DNA of 64,000 nt. It comes from a virus. Each line of letters begins with the position of its first letter. Position 1 is the first letter of the stretch. The DNA is taken from positions 74,407-138,406 of IMG/VR virus record IMGVR_UViG_3300034782_000041. One strand, 5' to 3'. Both the position numbers and the translations under genes were made by a program. Shown piece after piece: positions 18,080 through 27,187 of the stretch. The notes under the pieces were generated by a model. It was not told the DNA's origin. It did no database searches and was given only the letters and a program-made list of their open reading frames with translations.

Positions 18080-18701
18080 GGAGTACCGCAGCCCAGCTTC
18101 CGGGCTGCACTGGCGCTTGTACGAGGTCTATCACTTCGATGGGGCCTGCTGCGGACAGCGCAGGAAGCTCAGACCTCGTTGTCAGGACCGGGACCGGTAC
18201 GGGACCTTGCGGAGTGATTGCCTCGGGGCCGCGCGCACAGTTTTGGCACCGGTCATGGATTGCCAGCGGAGCACACATATCGCAGTAGATTGCGTGACCG
18301 ACACGCAGGCCAACCAGTGCGTCGTCGTCGTCGAGCAACGCCGTATCGTGTACATCGTAGACGTCACAGAGCGTGATGTCGTCTTCCGTGCACCACACTA
18401 CGGGACGGCCACAAGCATCACAAGGCAGCTCAGCGCCGAACATGGTGAGCCGACAGTCGTAGCACCAACCGCAGCTGGATAGCAATGCGCGCGCCTCGGC
18501 AAGCGTTGGGACGCTGCCTACGGTGCAGTGATCTTCGCAGCAGACGATCCAGCGGTGTTTGGGTGCTTGTCCCCTCCAGCGGGCTAGTTGTTGGGCATCC
18601 AGCTCGTCGGCGTCGTAGATCGAAACGGTCGTTCCTGTCGTCCTCGATACGCGTCGTTCACGCAGCCCTGGTTCTTCGCTCTCGCCTCGTTTGTAGCGCA
18701 T
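18045..18701 (-). CDS. hypothetical Cys-rich protein
   Basis: 218-aa ORF with multiple CxxC/CxC pairs. Confidence 0.45.
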   Translation of the reverse strand: MRYKRGESEEPGLRERRVSRTTGTTVSIYDADELDAQQLARWRGQAPKHRWIVCCEDHCTVGSVPTLAEARALLSSCGWCYDCRLTMFGAELPCDACGRPVVWCTEDDITLCDVYDVHDTALLDDDDALVGLRVGHAIYCDMCAPLAIHDRCQNCARGPEAITPQGPVPVPVLTTRSELPALSAAGPIEVIDLVQAPVQPGSWAAVLRAGLQHRRGRN

Positions 18702-18796
18702 AGATTTTGCCTCGTCGAGCTGGTAGTTTCTGTGGCCTCCGGCCCGAGTGGACGCCTACTATAGCAGGCGCGTGTGACAGATGCCAACATGGGTTC

Positions 18797-19108
18797 TCAG
18801 ACGCCTTCCACCTTGAATTTGAAGGCCAACGCTCGCACGGTCGTGATGTCGTCCTTGACCATCTTACGGAAAGCGTCGCGGTGGGCGCTGTGTGTTGAGC
18901 CCCAGGGAGATCCCCGAGCGCTGCGACACAACATGCCTGGCGTAGATCCACAATTCGGGCACGCAACGAGCAGCGCGCAAGCCTCGGTGCGCATCCAAAG
19001 CCACTGCCGGCGATTGTTGGGGTTCGTGCAGAACGGTACGAACGCGACCCAATGACTCGGGTGCTCGTCTACATGGAGAAGGTAAGCAGTGGTCGGTGGT
19101 CGGCTCAT
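18797..19108 (-). CDS. hypothetical protein
   Basis: 103-aa ORF with CPNCG motif. Confidence 0.35.
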   Translation of the reverse strand: MSRPPTTAYLLHVDEHPSHWVAFVPFCTNPNNRRQWLWMRTEACALLVACPNCGSTPGMLCRSARGSPWGSTHSAHRDAFRKMVKDDITTVRALAFKFKVEGV

Positions 19109-20426
19109 GGCTTCGGCAGTTGGTTGCGGAGCGCTGCGACGATCTTGGACCAGATGTTCTCGATGGTCGCCACGTGTGATTTCTCGCCGTCACTGCCAGC
19201 ACGGTGGGCGACCTCATGCACGAGGATTTCGAGCGTCAGATCACGGTCTGCGAGGTCCCGCTTTGCGATAGCGAAGCGACCGTCCTTGTATTGACCTTGC
19301 AGGGTCTCAGAGCGGAAGTCCACGACGTCCACATCCGCGAGGGCGCACTCAGTTGCGGCTGCTACCAACTCGATGGCAGCGGTCAGGTGCGCGCGCTCAG
19401 TGGCGTCCAGCTCATGCCACGAGTATTTCCTGACGACCTCTTTTGCCAGCGCAGCCTTCACCGTCTCCACGGATCCGATCTTGTGCGCGACGATTGCGCG
19501 CAGTGATTCGGGCGCGATGACGCCCATTCGACCGAGATGTTCCAGGTCCTGACACTCGCCAAGGTTTTCGCAGGGGACGGCTTTCTCGCCGTGTTGCGCG
19601 ATGAACGCCTCGGCAACGCCGTCGAGGGCAGCGTCCTGCATATACGGGACGCTGTACTGAGTTACGCCATCGAGGTCGCGTGCGCCTGCGGTAAGAAGAT
19701 CGTAGTAGGTACGGAATAGGTCCGGGCGGCGCGCAACAGCCTCTTCCCAGATGTGGCGGTTGTTGCTCCGCTTATCGAAATCTTCCACCATGCGCCGGTC
19801 GCGGTCATAGTCCGCGTTGCGATAGTTGTAGCCGTGAGTCAACGTATCGTCGTGCTGGACGAAGATGCCCTTGATGAACAGATCGCCGCGATAGCGTGAA
19901 GCGAGCAACAGGTCGCCGTAGTCCGTCTCGATGATCTCGTTTGGCCTCGGCCGGGCCAGGAAGAGGAAACGCGAGCGGATGGTCGCCCACTCCGCTTTGT
20001 CCACGCCGCGGATCTCGACGCACACACGGTCGCGGTGCTTGCGTTTGAGGATCTCGAAAACCAGTACGCGGGCGCCATCGAACTTGTTCGACTCCTCGAC
20101 GCGCGGAATCCAGACCTCAGCGCCGGTGCGGATGCGGACCTCGTAGCCTGCACGGACGAGCGCGAGGCAGCCGACAGGCAGGCCCTCGCCCCACTTGCCG
20201 ATCATATCGGCGCGGCTGCGCTTCGAGGTGCGGCCCATCAGGATAGCGCTCTTGTCGAGCGTAGCGCCGTTGTTCTCGACGCGCAGCACGTTGTTTCTCC
20301 AACGCACAACGAGCTTGGCGCCGAATTCGGTCTCGGCGTCTTTGCCGTTCTGGACGATCTCGCGGATGCCTTCGATGGCGCCCCAATGATCGACGTACGG
20401 CTCCTCGATAGTGGTCTCGATCCTCA
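19105..20426 (-). CDS. GHKL/HATPase_c-type ATPase-like protein with C-terminal HExxH motif
   Basis: IEGIREIVQNGKDAE resembles the Bergerat-fold N-box (E-x-x-x-N-x-x-D-A); GKWGEGLPVGCLAL is G-box-like; C-terminal ILVHEVAHRAG; likely start MRIETT at 20426 with GGAGGA RBS. Confidence 0.6.
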
Positions 20427-20442
20427 TTTTGGTCCTCCGTTC

Positions 20443-20454
20443 GCCCCTCGGGGC
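20443..20454 (-). promoter_or_regulatory. GCCCCTCGGGGC start-associated palindromic motif
   Basis: Minus strand reads GCCCCGAGGGGC-gaac-GGAGGA-ccaaa-ATG (GHKL ATPase gene). Confidence 0.5.
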
Positions 20455-20468
20455 CATGCTGACTGACG

Positions 20469-20861
20469 TCAGCGACTCCAATTGATCCGCACTTTGCGTG
20501 CCCGTGCCTCGCGCGCGGCGATTACGGGGCTCACATACTTTTTGCAGCAGGCATCACAACAACCTACTGTTGCCCCGTTCACAGGCCCCCACCAGTCACA
20601 CAAGCGGCGGTCGCAGGGATACCCATTTAGGAGGGTCCCCTGGCTCCCCAGACGCTTCGCAGCCAACAATAGTGCGCGCTGGTGAAGCGCAGATAGACGC
20701 CTCGCAACGAGAGACCGGGGAGAGTGAGAGTGCTTCTTCTTTGTCAGCTCACACGCTAGCCCCTCGGCGCAGCAAAGCGCCATGAAACCAGCAACTATTG
20801 CCCAGACGTCTGTCCAGTAGGTCGTAGCGTCGTCTACGCGTTGTGGTTTGGTGGGGCTCAT
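20469..20861 (-). CDS. hypothetical Cys-rich protein
   Basis: 130-aa ORF. Confidence 0.4.
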   Translation of the reverse strand: MSPTKPQRVDDATTYWTDVWAIVAGFMALCCAEGLACELTKKKHSHSPRSLVARRLSALHQRALLLAAKRLGSQGTLLNGYPCDRRLCDWWGPVNGATVGCCDACCKKYVSPVIAAREARARKVRINWSR

Positions 20862-20891
20862 GGTCTACCTAACGGCTACGAAGCCGTGAAC

Positions 20892-21116
20892 CTAGAGCCC
20901 CAGCTCGGCGCAGACTTCGGGAGCCGGGTTACAGCACGCGCAGTCCGCACAGTGCCGCAGGTAGAGCACCTGCTTGGAGTCGCAGTCCTCGACCACGACG
21001 CAGTAGGTGCCCTGGTGAGTGCGGGCGTAGGCCAGAGCGTCGGCCCAGCTGTCGGTAGTTATGCCGTGCTGGAAGTGGGCGCTCGCGGCCACAGTCTTGA
21101 ATCGCTCAGTCGTCAT
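20892..21116 (-). CDS. hypothetical small Cys-rich protein
   Basis: 74-aa ORF; GCCCCTCGGGGC motif and GGAGA RBS upstream. Confidence 0.4.
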   Translation of the reverse strand: MTTERFKTVAASAHFQHGITTDSWADALAYARTHQGTYCVVVEDCDSKQVLYLRHCADCACCNPAPEVCAELGL

Positions 21117-21134
21117 TGTCTTCTTGTCTCCGTT

Positions 21135-21146
21135 TGCCCCTCGGGG
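21135..21146 (-). promoter_or_regulatory. GCCCCTCGGGGC start-associated palindromic motif
   Basis: Followed on minus strand by aaac-GGAGA…ATG of 20892-21116. Confidence 0.5.
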
Positions 21147-21235
21147 CCGTCCTCATAAAGTCAGACGTGTGGACGTGCCAGATATTCGCAGCTGCGATCA
21201 AAAATAAACCCGTGCTGTTTTGAGTAGTTAGACTG

Positions 21236-21790
21236 TTAGACTGCAAGTAGGTTCATGATCACGTGGTTTGGGGCGTGGCCGATTCGCAGCGCTGCCAGCA
21301 ACGCATCCTGGCGATCTCGGTCCGAGACGGCCAACCGCAGCATTCGTCGGCGCTCGTCGATGGGTGCCGGCTGCTGTGCGATTCGCTCCGCCCATGCCAG
21401 CACCCATTGCTCGGGGCAGCCGACGTAGTGATAGTCAGCCGGATACTCGTCAGGGTCGTCCGGGTACACACCGCGGCTGACCGCATGAGTGCATGCTACG
21501 CGTGCCAACCCGAGCTGTCGCGGTAGCTGCCAGCGAGACTCCTGCCGAACGTAGCCAGCTGCAAGCAGTGTCTCAGCACGTGCCTCGATACGTAGACGCT
21601 CGAACGCGTAATGGAGTACCTTGTCGCCGCGTGCAACATGCTCTTCGAGATGTGTGATCATCTCAGCGGCGGTCGCCGCACAGAAATCATCGAAATCTGC
21701 TACCAGGCCGCAGTTACAACATTCGAGCCTGTTATCAAGCGTGCCGAACACGTACACGTCAGAGTGCGCTCCCCAGCGACAGTAGCTCAT
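21236..21790 (-). CDS. hypothetical protein
   Basis: 184-aa ORF; its start lies in copy 1 of a triplicated 28-bp unit. Confidence 0.5.
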   Translation of the reverse strand: MSYCRWGAHSDVYVFGTLDNRLECCNCGLVADFDDFCAATAAEMITHLEEHVARGDKVLHYAFERLRIEARAETLLAAGYVRQESRWQLPRQLGLARVACTHAVSRGVYPDDPDEYPADYHYVGCPEQWVLAWAERIAQQPAPIDERRRMLRLAVSDRDRQDALLAALRIGHAPNHVIMNLLAV

Positions 21791-21865
21791 CGGCCTTTCC
21801 TGCGCTTCCGTAGCTCATCGGCCTTTCCTGCGCTTCCGTAGCTCATCGGCCTTTCCTGCGCTTCC
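21782..21865. repeat. perfect 3 x 28-bp tandem repeat (GTAGCTCATCGGCCTTTCCTGCGCTTCC) spanning a gene junction
   Basis: Three identical units at 21782-21809, 21810-21837, 21838-21865; each carries RBS-like AGGAAAGG plus an ATGA start/stop overlap. Confidence 0.85.
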
Positions 21866-22127
21866 AGTCCGCGAGCCAGTACTCGACCTCGGCATTGCAG
21901 CGGTACGTCTCCGCCGCGTTATGGTCAAACAACACGCGGCCGGTCGCGTCGTCGTGAATGATAATGCGATTGCCGTAGCGCCCTTTTCCCGGTACGCGCA
22001 GCCGGCCGATCTTGCGGTCAGTGTCGCAGTAACCTTGCACGATCTTGGCTGTGATCCCCGAGCAGTGCTCGTTGATCTCGCGGGCGATGGTTGCCAACCG
22101 TCGGCTCATTCTACACCACACCACCAC
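21843..22127 (-). CDS. hypothetical protein
   Basis: 94-aa ORF ending in copy 3 of the triplicated junction. Confidence 0.4.
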   Translation of the reverse strand: MVVWCRMSRRLATIAREINEHCSGITAKIVQGYCDTDRKIGRLRVPGKGRYGNRIIIHDDATGRVLFDHNAAETYRCNAEVEYWLADWKRRKGR

Positions 22128-22336
22128 TTCGCGGCTGTTTCGATGGCGTCGCCCAGCGTGTCAGCAAAGAGCCGATGTGCAGGCTGTGGATCGTACGGCG
22201 AGACGCGCCAGCGATGACCGTACTTCTTGCCAGCCCGCCGACACGTTCCGACGATCTGACCTGAGTGAAGATGGAGTACCCAAATCGGCGAGTTGTCGCG
22301 CTTGACCGCGTAGCCTTGTTTGTAGACGCGTTTCAT
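22106..22336 (-). CDS. hypothetical protein
   Basis: 76-aa ORF. Confidence 0.4.
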   Translation of the reverse strand: MKRVYKQGYAVKRDNSPIWVLHLHSGQIVGTCRRAGKKYGHRWRVSPYDPQPAHRLFADTLGDAIETAAKWWCGVE

Positions 22337-22572
22337 AGTGCTCTAAACCGTGCAGCTAGCAGGTCGCCGACGCGTTCCAGGAGCCGTTTCACGTCTACGT
22401 ATTCCGGGTCGCCGACGTCCAACATCGAGTACCGTATCATCAAGGCATCCCATACGAGCCCTAGCTCGTCATACGATAGAAGTAGCAGAGTTGCATCGTC
22501 TACTTGCACGGCACATAAGTGCGATTGAAGACCGAGATCGGTATACGCTCGCGCTCGCGCTCGCGCTCGCAT
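22333..22572 (-). CDS. hypothetical protein (downstream frame at a hexamer-repeat junction)
   Basis: 79-aa ORF starting within (GCGCTC)4 at 22545-22570. Confidence 0.35.
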   Translation of the reverse strand: MRARARARAYTDLGLQSHLCAVQVDDATLLLLSYDELGLVWDALMIRYSMLDVGDPEYVDVKRLLERVGDLLAARFRAL

Positions 22573-22856
22573 TCGTGTTCGCTTGTGAGCAAATGGATCT
22601 CCACGTGCGGATCATCGACGAGTAACACTTCCGCCAGCTCACCGGTAACCGTGTTCTCGAACACTGGGTTGAAGTGTCCAACGTCGGAGTAGGGGTGGTG
22701 GGAATAGCCAGAGTAGGGATGGCGGGAATGGTCGGTGGGTCGTACTACTACTACGAACGCTCGGCAGGCGTGCTGAAGTAGGCGAGACGCTTCTCGGTTC
22801 GCCTCTTCCCAGGAGAGCCCAGAGCGGTACACGAAGCTGTTCACGAGCACGTCCAT
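22500..22856 (-). CDS. hypothetical protein (upstream frame at a hexamer-repeat junction)
   Basis: 118-aa ORF; C-terminal ERERERER encoded by the same (GCGCTC)4. Confidence 0.4.
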   Translation of the reverse strand: MDVLVNSFVYRSGLSWEEANREASRLLQHACRAFVVVVRPTDHSRHPYSGYSHHPYSDVGHFNPVFENTVTGELAEVLLVDDPHVEIHLLTSEHECERERERERIPISVFNRTYVPCK

Positions 22857-23319
22857 TGCATCCCCCCTGACGCGGTATTACGCAGCAGATCCGTCGTCGT
22901 CGCCGTTGTCGTCTGCGCAAGCTGCCTTGTCGTTTGCGCGGCGGAGCTTGCGTGCGCCTGTTTTTGCTTTGTGGCGGGTGGTGCGGCGGCTACCGCCGGT
23001 TCCGGTCATTTCGGTTTTGATGCGTGCGCGTGCCATGATCATTTCCTTTAGCAAAGTGAAGAAGAGCGACCAGCGCCGGACTAACGTTTCGGGGAATCGA
23101 ACCCGTCCTCGCCTGTAGGAAACTCACAAGCTACAGGCTCACGAATGACCAATCCGTGGCGTTCCAGGCACCCCGGTGTGGTCAGCACCGTTCCTCCCTT
23201 CCCGCAGCCGCCAGGCGGTTGAACACTACTGGTCGCTCCTCTCCAGAAATCCTCAAAGCCCCTCGGGGCACACAGGTAAAGACGGCTTGACTGCACGTGT
23301 ATTCAAGTCCTTTTGCGAT

Positions 23320-23871
23320 TTACCCCTCGGGGTGGTGGTCAGCGCAGCGGCCCTGACCCATGGCGCACCCTAGCAGATAGAGCGTCTCACCACCAGCATC
23401 TTCGGGATCAGCGCACGCGCCTGCGAGCTGTGCCTCGACTTGATCGTAGAAGTCCCGCGCGTTGACGCTGAAACCACGTCCACTGCGGATCTCGTTGAGC
23501 TGGTAGCTTGCCGCAGGCCCCGCACCGAGCACCTCAACGATGAAGTCAAAAATCGCGTCTGCGATTCTTCGGTTGAGTGTCCAGTACTCGAACACCGTGT
23601 AGCCTCGGTGGCTCCGGGCACGGATCCAGCCTTTCTTCATCGCGGCGACCAGCACTCGCTCGCGGCGGTCCTCAGCGCTCTCACCACGCTTCATCCTGAC
23701 CTGGATTTCGGACAAGCCATACGTTGACGGATCTTCGAGGATCGCGTCCAGGTGCTCGTAGACGGGCTCCCAGCGCCCGCTCCGCGAATGAATCCAGAAG
23801 CCTTCTCCCATCGGCATCTCAGACCTCCTCAAGTCGATTGCGTAGCTCCGCCTCGCCAAACTCTGGCTCAT
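23320..23871 (-). CDS. hypothetical protein
   Basis: 183-aa ORF. Confidence 0.45.
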   Translation of the reverse strand: MSQSLARRSYAIDLRRSEMPMGEGFWIHSRSGRWEPVYEHLDAILEDPSTYGLSEIQVRMKRGESAEDRRERVLVAAMKKGWIRARSHRGYTVFEYWTLNRRIADAIFDFIVEVLGAGPAASYQLNEIRSGRGFSVNARDFYDQVEAQLAGACADPEDAGGETLYLLGCAMGQGRCADHHPEG

Positions 23872-24142
23872 ACCAGTAGAGAAGCAGCGCCTCCCAATTC
23901 AGATCGACAAACTCCAGCGCCCGGCGGAGTGCGGCGCCGCGGATCGTCGCGCTGCCCACGACTTTGGCGTAGTCCTCGTCGTGAGTTGGGATCGCGATAA
24001 TCGTTGCGTGTCCCTCGTGGGGCCTCCCCGGGAACGCCTTGACCCGCGGCGCGTGCCTGGCGCGGTGCTCGACGTCTTTGAGCGCGTGCAGAATGACCGG
24101 GACTCCTGTGTGCTCCGGTCGCAGGTTTGCCATTCCGAACAT
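23819..24142 (-). CDS. DUF4160-like small protein (paralogue 1)
   Basis: MANLRPEHTG…RARHAPRVKAFPG…IRGAALRRALEFVDLNWEAL; paralogous to 24708-25142. Confidence 0.5.
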   Translation of the reverse strand: MFGMANLRPEHTGVPVILHALKDVEHRARHAPRVKAFPGRPHEGHATIIAIPTHDEDYAKVVGSATIRGAALRRALEFVDLNWEALLLYWYEPEFGEAELRNRLEEV

Positions 24143-24184
24143 TGCGTGTCTCCGTGTTTGGCCCGCTGCGCGTCGCCCTTCCGC

Positions 24185-24463
24185 TCACCTACGCCGCCGG
24201 CTCGTAATCGTGCAGTTTCGCAGGAGTCCCTCGATACCCAGCTCATAGCCAAGGTCAGGCCACCGAAGCCCGATTCCGGGCCGAATTACACGCACCCGGC
24301 GGCGTGCACGCTCCGGCGCGAGCTTGATTCCAGGATAAGGGTCGAGTGGGCAGACGGCTGTCGTTCCGTTGTCTAGCGAAATCTCCAACGTCGTGCCAAT
24401 GACCTTAGCGCTGCGGGCGAAAGGCGGCGGCTTGCGTCTACCGAGCTTGCGTTTGGATGGCAT
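24185..24463 (-). CDS. DUF2442-like small protein
   Basis: Start MPSKRKLG at 24463 (GGAG upstream); DUF2442 is the usual partner of DUF4160. Confidence 0.4.
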   Translation of the reverse strand: MPSKRKLGRRKPPPFARSAKVIGTTLEISLDNGTTAVCPLDPYPGIKLAPERARRRVRVIRPGIGLRWPDLGYELGIEGLLRNCTITSRRRR

Positions 24464-24689
24464 TCCATTGCTCCATGAAGAAGGTGTGCAGCTCGGCAAT
24501 CCGCTGGAGAATCCAGCGCAGTTCGCTGCGATTGAACCCCCGGTTCCAACACAGGCTGACGGGATCGAGCCACACTTTCGCAGCCCCATCACCTCGAACG
24601 ACGTGTACGTGCGGAGGTTCACTCCCCTCATTGAAGAACACTTGGAACGAGAAGTTCCGCTCGCGATATACCTGTGGTGAGCCCAGCAT
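24438..24689 (-). CDS. DUF4160 family protein
   Basis: FSFQVFFNEGSEPPHVHVVRGDGAAKVWL matches the DUF4160 signature (…N-E-H-x-P-P-H-x-H-V…). Confidence 0.55.
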   Translation of the reverse strand: MLGSPQVYRERNFSFQVFFNEGSEPPHVHVVRGDGAAKVWLDPVSLCWNRGFNRSELRWILQRIAELHTFFMEQWNAIQTQAR

Positions 24690-24707
24690 CCTCTACCTAC
24701 TTTACCC

Positions 24708-25142
24708 CTATTCGTCCACAGCCATCAGCTCGTCGATCAGCTCGTCGGTGCCCATGTCAGGATCTACCCAGTACTGTGTCAGTGCCTCACGATTCAGCTC
24801 GGCGAACTCCAGAGCCCGTCGCAGCACAGCCTGCGACACTGTGATGCTGCCCAACACGTACGGATCGGCATGGTGAGGGATCGCAATTGTGGTAGCGTCG
24901 CCTGCGCCCGGACTACCCGGGTACACCTTGATCCGCGGGCAGTGTCGGGCTCGCTGATCGAGATTCTGATAGACGTGGACGTATGCGCCTATGCCAGTGA
25001 CACTCGGTCGCAGGTTCGCCATGTCTAGCGTCACCTGCCTTTCCGTTGCGTCCAACCTCATCCCTCCATACGCAAACGCAAGATCCGACACATACGCGCC
25101 ATCTGACGAAGAAACGGTAGGTCGCGTCCCTCCGCCTCGCAC
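24708..25142 (-). CDS. DUF4160-like small protein (paralogue 2)
   Basis: MANLRPSVTG…RARHCPRIKVYPG…LRRALEFAELNREAL. Confidence 0.5.
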   Translation of the reverse strand: MRGGGTRPTVSSSDGAYVSDLAFAYGGMRLDATERQVTLDMANLRPSVTGIGAYVHVYQNLDQRARHCPRIKVYPGSPGAGDATTIAIPHHADPYVLGSITVSQAVLRRALEFAELNREALTQYWVDPDMGTDELIDELMAVDE

Positions 25143-25288
25143 TGCTCGACAAATTGGCGCACAAGCACGAACGTCACACCGCCGTCCTCACCAGAGAACA
25201 CACCGACAAGCTCCGTCAAATCCTCATTCAGTGTCGTCATCGCACGGCTCTTTGCTTGTGACTTGCCAGGTGCGCTCTCGCAGAATCC

Positions 25289-25636
25289 TCATCGTCTCGC
25301 CTTTCGCTTGCGCGGTTTGGCCTCAGCACTCTCTGTACAGGTTGTAGCTGCTCGACCGGCGTCGGTCAGTTCCCAGTAGAGATCCACCCAGTGCACGACC
25401 CGGTGTCCACGTTGTCCATACTGCAACACGTGGCGGCCAGGGTCAGTGCGGACGACCTTGACGAGCCCGCGGCGCTTGAGCGCATTGAGCGTTCGGTGCG
25501 TGATGTCTACGCCGGCCGCGTATGCGGGCGTGCGGTCACTTGCGCGCCCACTGTAGGCCGAGATCACTGGTCCGCGGGCGTTGTTGATCGCGCAGAGCGC
25601 GCGCTTCATAGTGGGTGTGAGTGGTCGCATCAGCAC
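25289..25636 (-). CDS. hypothetical protein
   Basis: 115-aa ORF. Confidence 0.4.
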   Translation of the reverse strand: MLMRPLTPTMKRALCAINNARGPVISAYSGRASDRTPAYAAGVDITHRTLNALKRRGLVKVVRTDPGRHVLQYGQRGHRVVHWVDLYWELTDAGRAATTCTESAEAKPRKRKARR

Positions 25637-25643
25637 TCTCCAT

Positions 25644-26141
25644 CTAGTCGGGGACGATGCCGTGGGTTTGCAGCGTCACGCCGTTGCGCTGGATCTCCAG
25701 GATCACCTCTTCCTGCTTCAGTTGCTCGGCGAGGTCCGCGGCGAGGTCGGCCATCTGCTGCTCGAACTCAGCCTCGGAGAGGTCCTCCATGTTGATGATG
25801 AGAATCTGCGCGCCGTCCTCGACTACGATCCCCTTTCGCGGATCCCGGTGCTGGTAGATGCCCCGCTGCGCGAGGAAGCTTGCGTTGGGCGCCGCGCCTT
25901 GCGCGAGGCGGATCTCCTGGACGATGGGGATCAGATCGTCGATGTCCCAGGTCGGCGTATCCCCGACGCTGAAGCCGACGATGATGCGCGCTGACAGCGT
26001 GCTCCTGCTCGACCAGGCGTAGCCGTCGAGGAAGCCCGCGAGGGCGCCGTCATCAATCTTGTGAATGGGGCCGGCCGGGCGGAAACAGCCACCGTGGGGT
26101 CCTGCCCAGTGATGCGGGCCTGGGTTACATGGAATTCTCAT
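25644..26141 (-). CDS. hypothetical protein
   Basis: 165-aa ORF. Confidence 0.45.
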   Translation of the reverse strand: MRIPCNPGPHHWAGPHGGCFRPAGPIHKIDDGALAGFLDGYAWSSRSTLSARIIVGFSVGDTPTWDIDDLIPIVQEIRLAQGAAPNASFLAQRGIYQHRDPRKGIVVEDGAQILIINMEDLSEAEFEQQMADLAADLAEQLKQEEVILEIQRNGVTLQTHGIVPD

Positions 26142-26380
26142 TTGATCTCCTCAAGCCACGCGTAGTGGAGGTTCATGCGGGCTGGCCGCTCCTCGATAGG
26201 CTCGCCGATCAGAAGCTCCTCAGTACAGACGATGACTCCGTCAGGGCGTCGCCGTTCAGCAATGCATGGATCACCCTCTTTGGTCGTGCGCTTGTAGCGA
26301 CCCTGTCTTAGCTTGATCGCCCAATACCAACGGGGACGTTTACCCACAGGCTGAAACTTGATGCGCACGTACTGTCTCAT
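26138..26380 (-). CDS. hypothetical protein
   Basis: 80-aa ORF. Confidence 0.35.
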   Translation of the reverse strand: MRQYVRIKFQPVGKRPRWYWAIKLRQGRYKRTTKEGDPCIAERRRPDGVIVCTEELLIGEPIEERPARMNLHYAWLEEIK

Positions 26381-26393
26381 CTTCCTTCCCAGT

Positions 26394-27128
26394 CTACTCT
26401 AGATCGAGGGTGAGCTGTCGGGGTAGCGGTAGATGTTCCTCCGCGTAGTTCTTCGCGAATGCTAGCAGCGCCCTCGGCGCGGCAGCTAGCGCTTCTACTG
26501 CCTGGCGGAACTCCGAATCGCGGCCGATCCGTTTTAGGAGCGCACGCTTGTGTTTGTAGGGCACGGACGTGGGCAGTTCGAGGATCGTCCGGGCCAGCGG
26601 CTCGATCCACAATGTACGTTTGCATTCACTCTTGCATGGGATGGTGACGACGTTGTAGTCGAGCGCTGCATCTCGTACGGCAGCGAGCTGTTGGAGGTGA
26701 GACGCTTGTACGAGACCGCGAGCCTCCAACGCATCCTCCTCGCGGAGAGCCTGATGGTACGCGCACACGTCTTGGCCGCTACGAAACGTGTCGCGCGTAC
26801 CATAGCCGTAGGAGGGGTAAGCGTGGTCTTTATGATACTCACCACACGTCTCACACCGTGTCGCGTCGAAGTCGTACACGACAGTAAGCTGAGCCGTTCC
26901 ATAACCACCTATTAGCTGGCACAGCTGTTCCGCGTGGCGCAGTGTGGTGAGCGAGGGTAGGCGGTCGTCGTGGAGAACTTCGACGTGCGCATGGCCTCGT
27001 CGCCATGCGATGGCCATTTGGTAGCTGTAGAAGTATTGACCGTCGGTCGAGTAGCGACCTTTCGCGCTCTTGTACGTGCGCGCCTCGCCTTTGAGAAATT
27101 CCTCTACGGTCCTGGTGAATGGCTGCAT
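26394..27128 (-). CDS. hypothetical protein
   Basis: 244-aa ORF; GCCCCTCGGGGC plus GAGGAGA upstream of ATG. Confidence 0.5.
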   Translation of the reverse strand: MQPFTRTVEEFLKGEARTYKSAKGRYSTDGQYFYSYQMAIAWRRGHAHVEVLHDDRLPSLTTLRHAEQLCQLIGGYGTAQLTVVYDFDATRCETCGEYHKDHAYPSYGYGTRDTFRSGQDVCAYHQALREEDALEARGLVQASHLQQLAAVRDAALDYNVVTIPCKSECKRTLWIEPLARTILELPTSVPYKHKRALLKRIGRDSEFRQAVEALAAAPRALLAFAKNYAEEHLPLPRQLTLDLE

Positions 27129-27141
27129 CGATGTTCTCCTC

Positions 27142-27153
27142 GCCCCTCGGGGC
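27142..27153 (-). promoter_or_regulatory. GCCCCTCGGGGC start-associated palindromic motif
   Basis: Minus strand GCCCCGAGGGGC-GAGGAGA-acatcg-ATG (26394-27128). Confidence 0.5.
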
Positions 27154-27187
27154 CGTCGGTCGTCGGTTCTTGGTCTTGGGCCTTCTC

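Noticed and set aside
19105-20481. ORF-track N-terminal extension of the GHKL-ATPase gene (MESLTSVSMAPRGERRTK…)
   Set aside because: It would overlap the GCCCCTCGGGGC motif and the upstream gene. The internal ATG at 20426 has a GGAGGA RBS at ideal spacing.
23088-23160. tRNA-like GGGGAATCGAACCC (reverse complement GGGTTCGATTCCCC T-loop-like) next to hairpin CCTGTAG…CTACAGG in an ORF-poor region
   Set aside because: No acceptor stem, D-arm or anticodon arm could be built on either strand, and the T-stem pairs only 3 bp. It is more likely a chance match or regulatory hairpin; tRNAscan could confirm.
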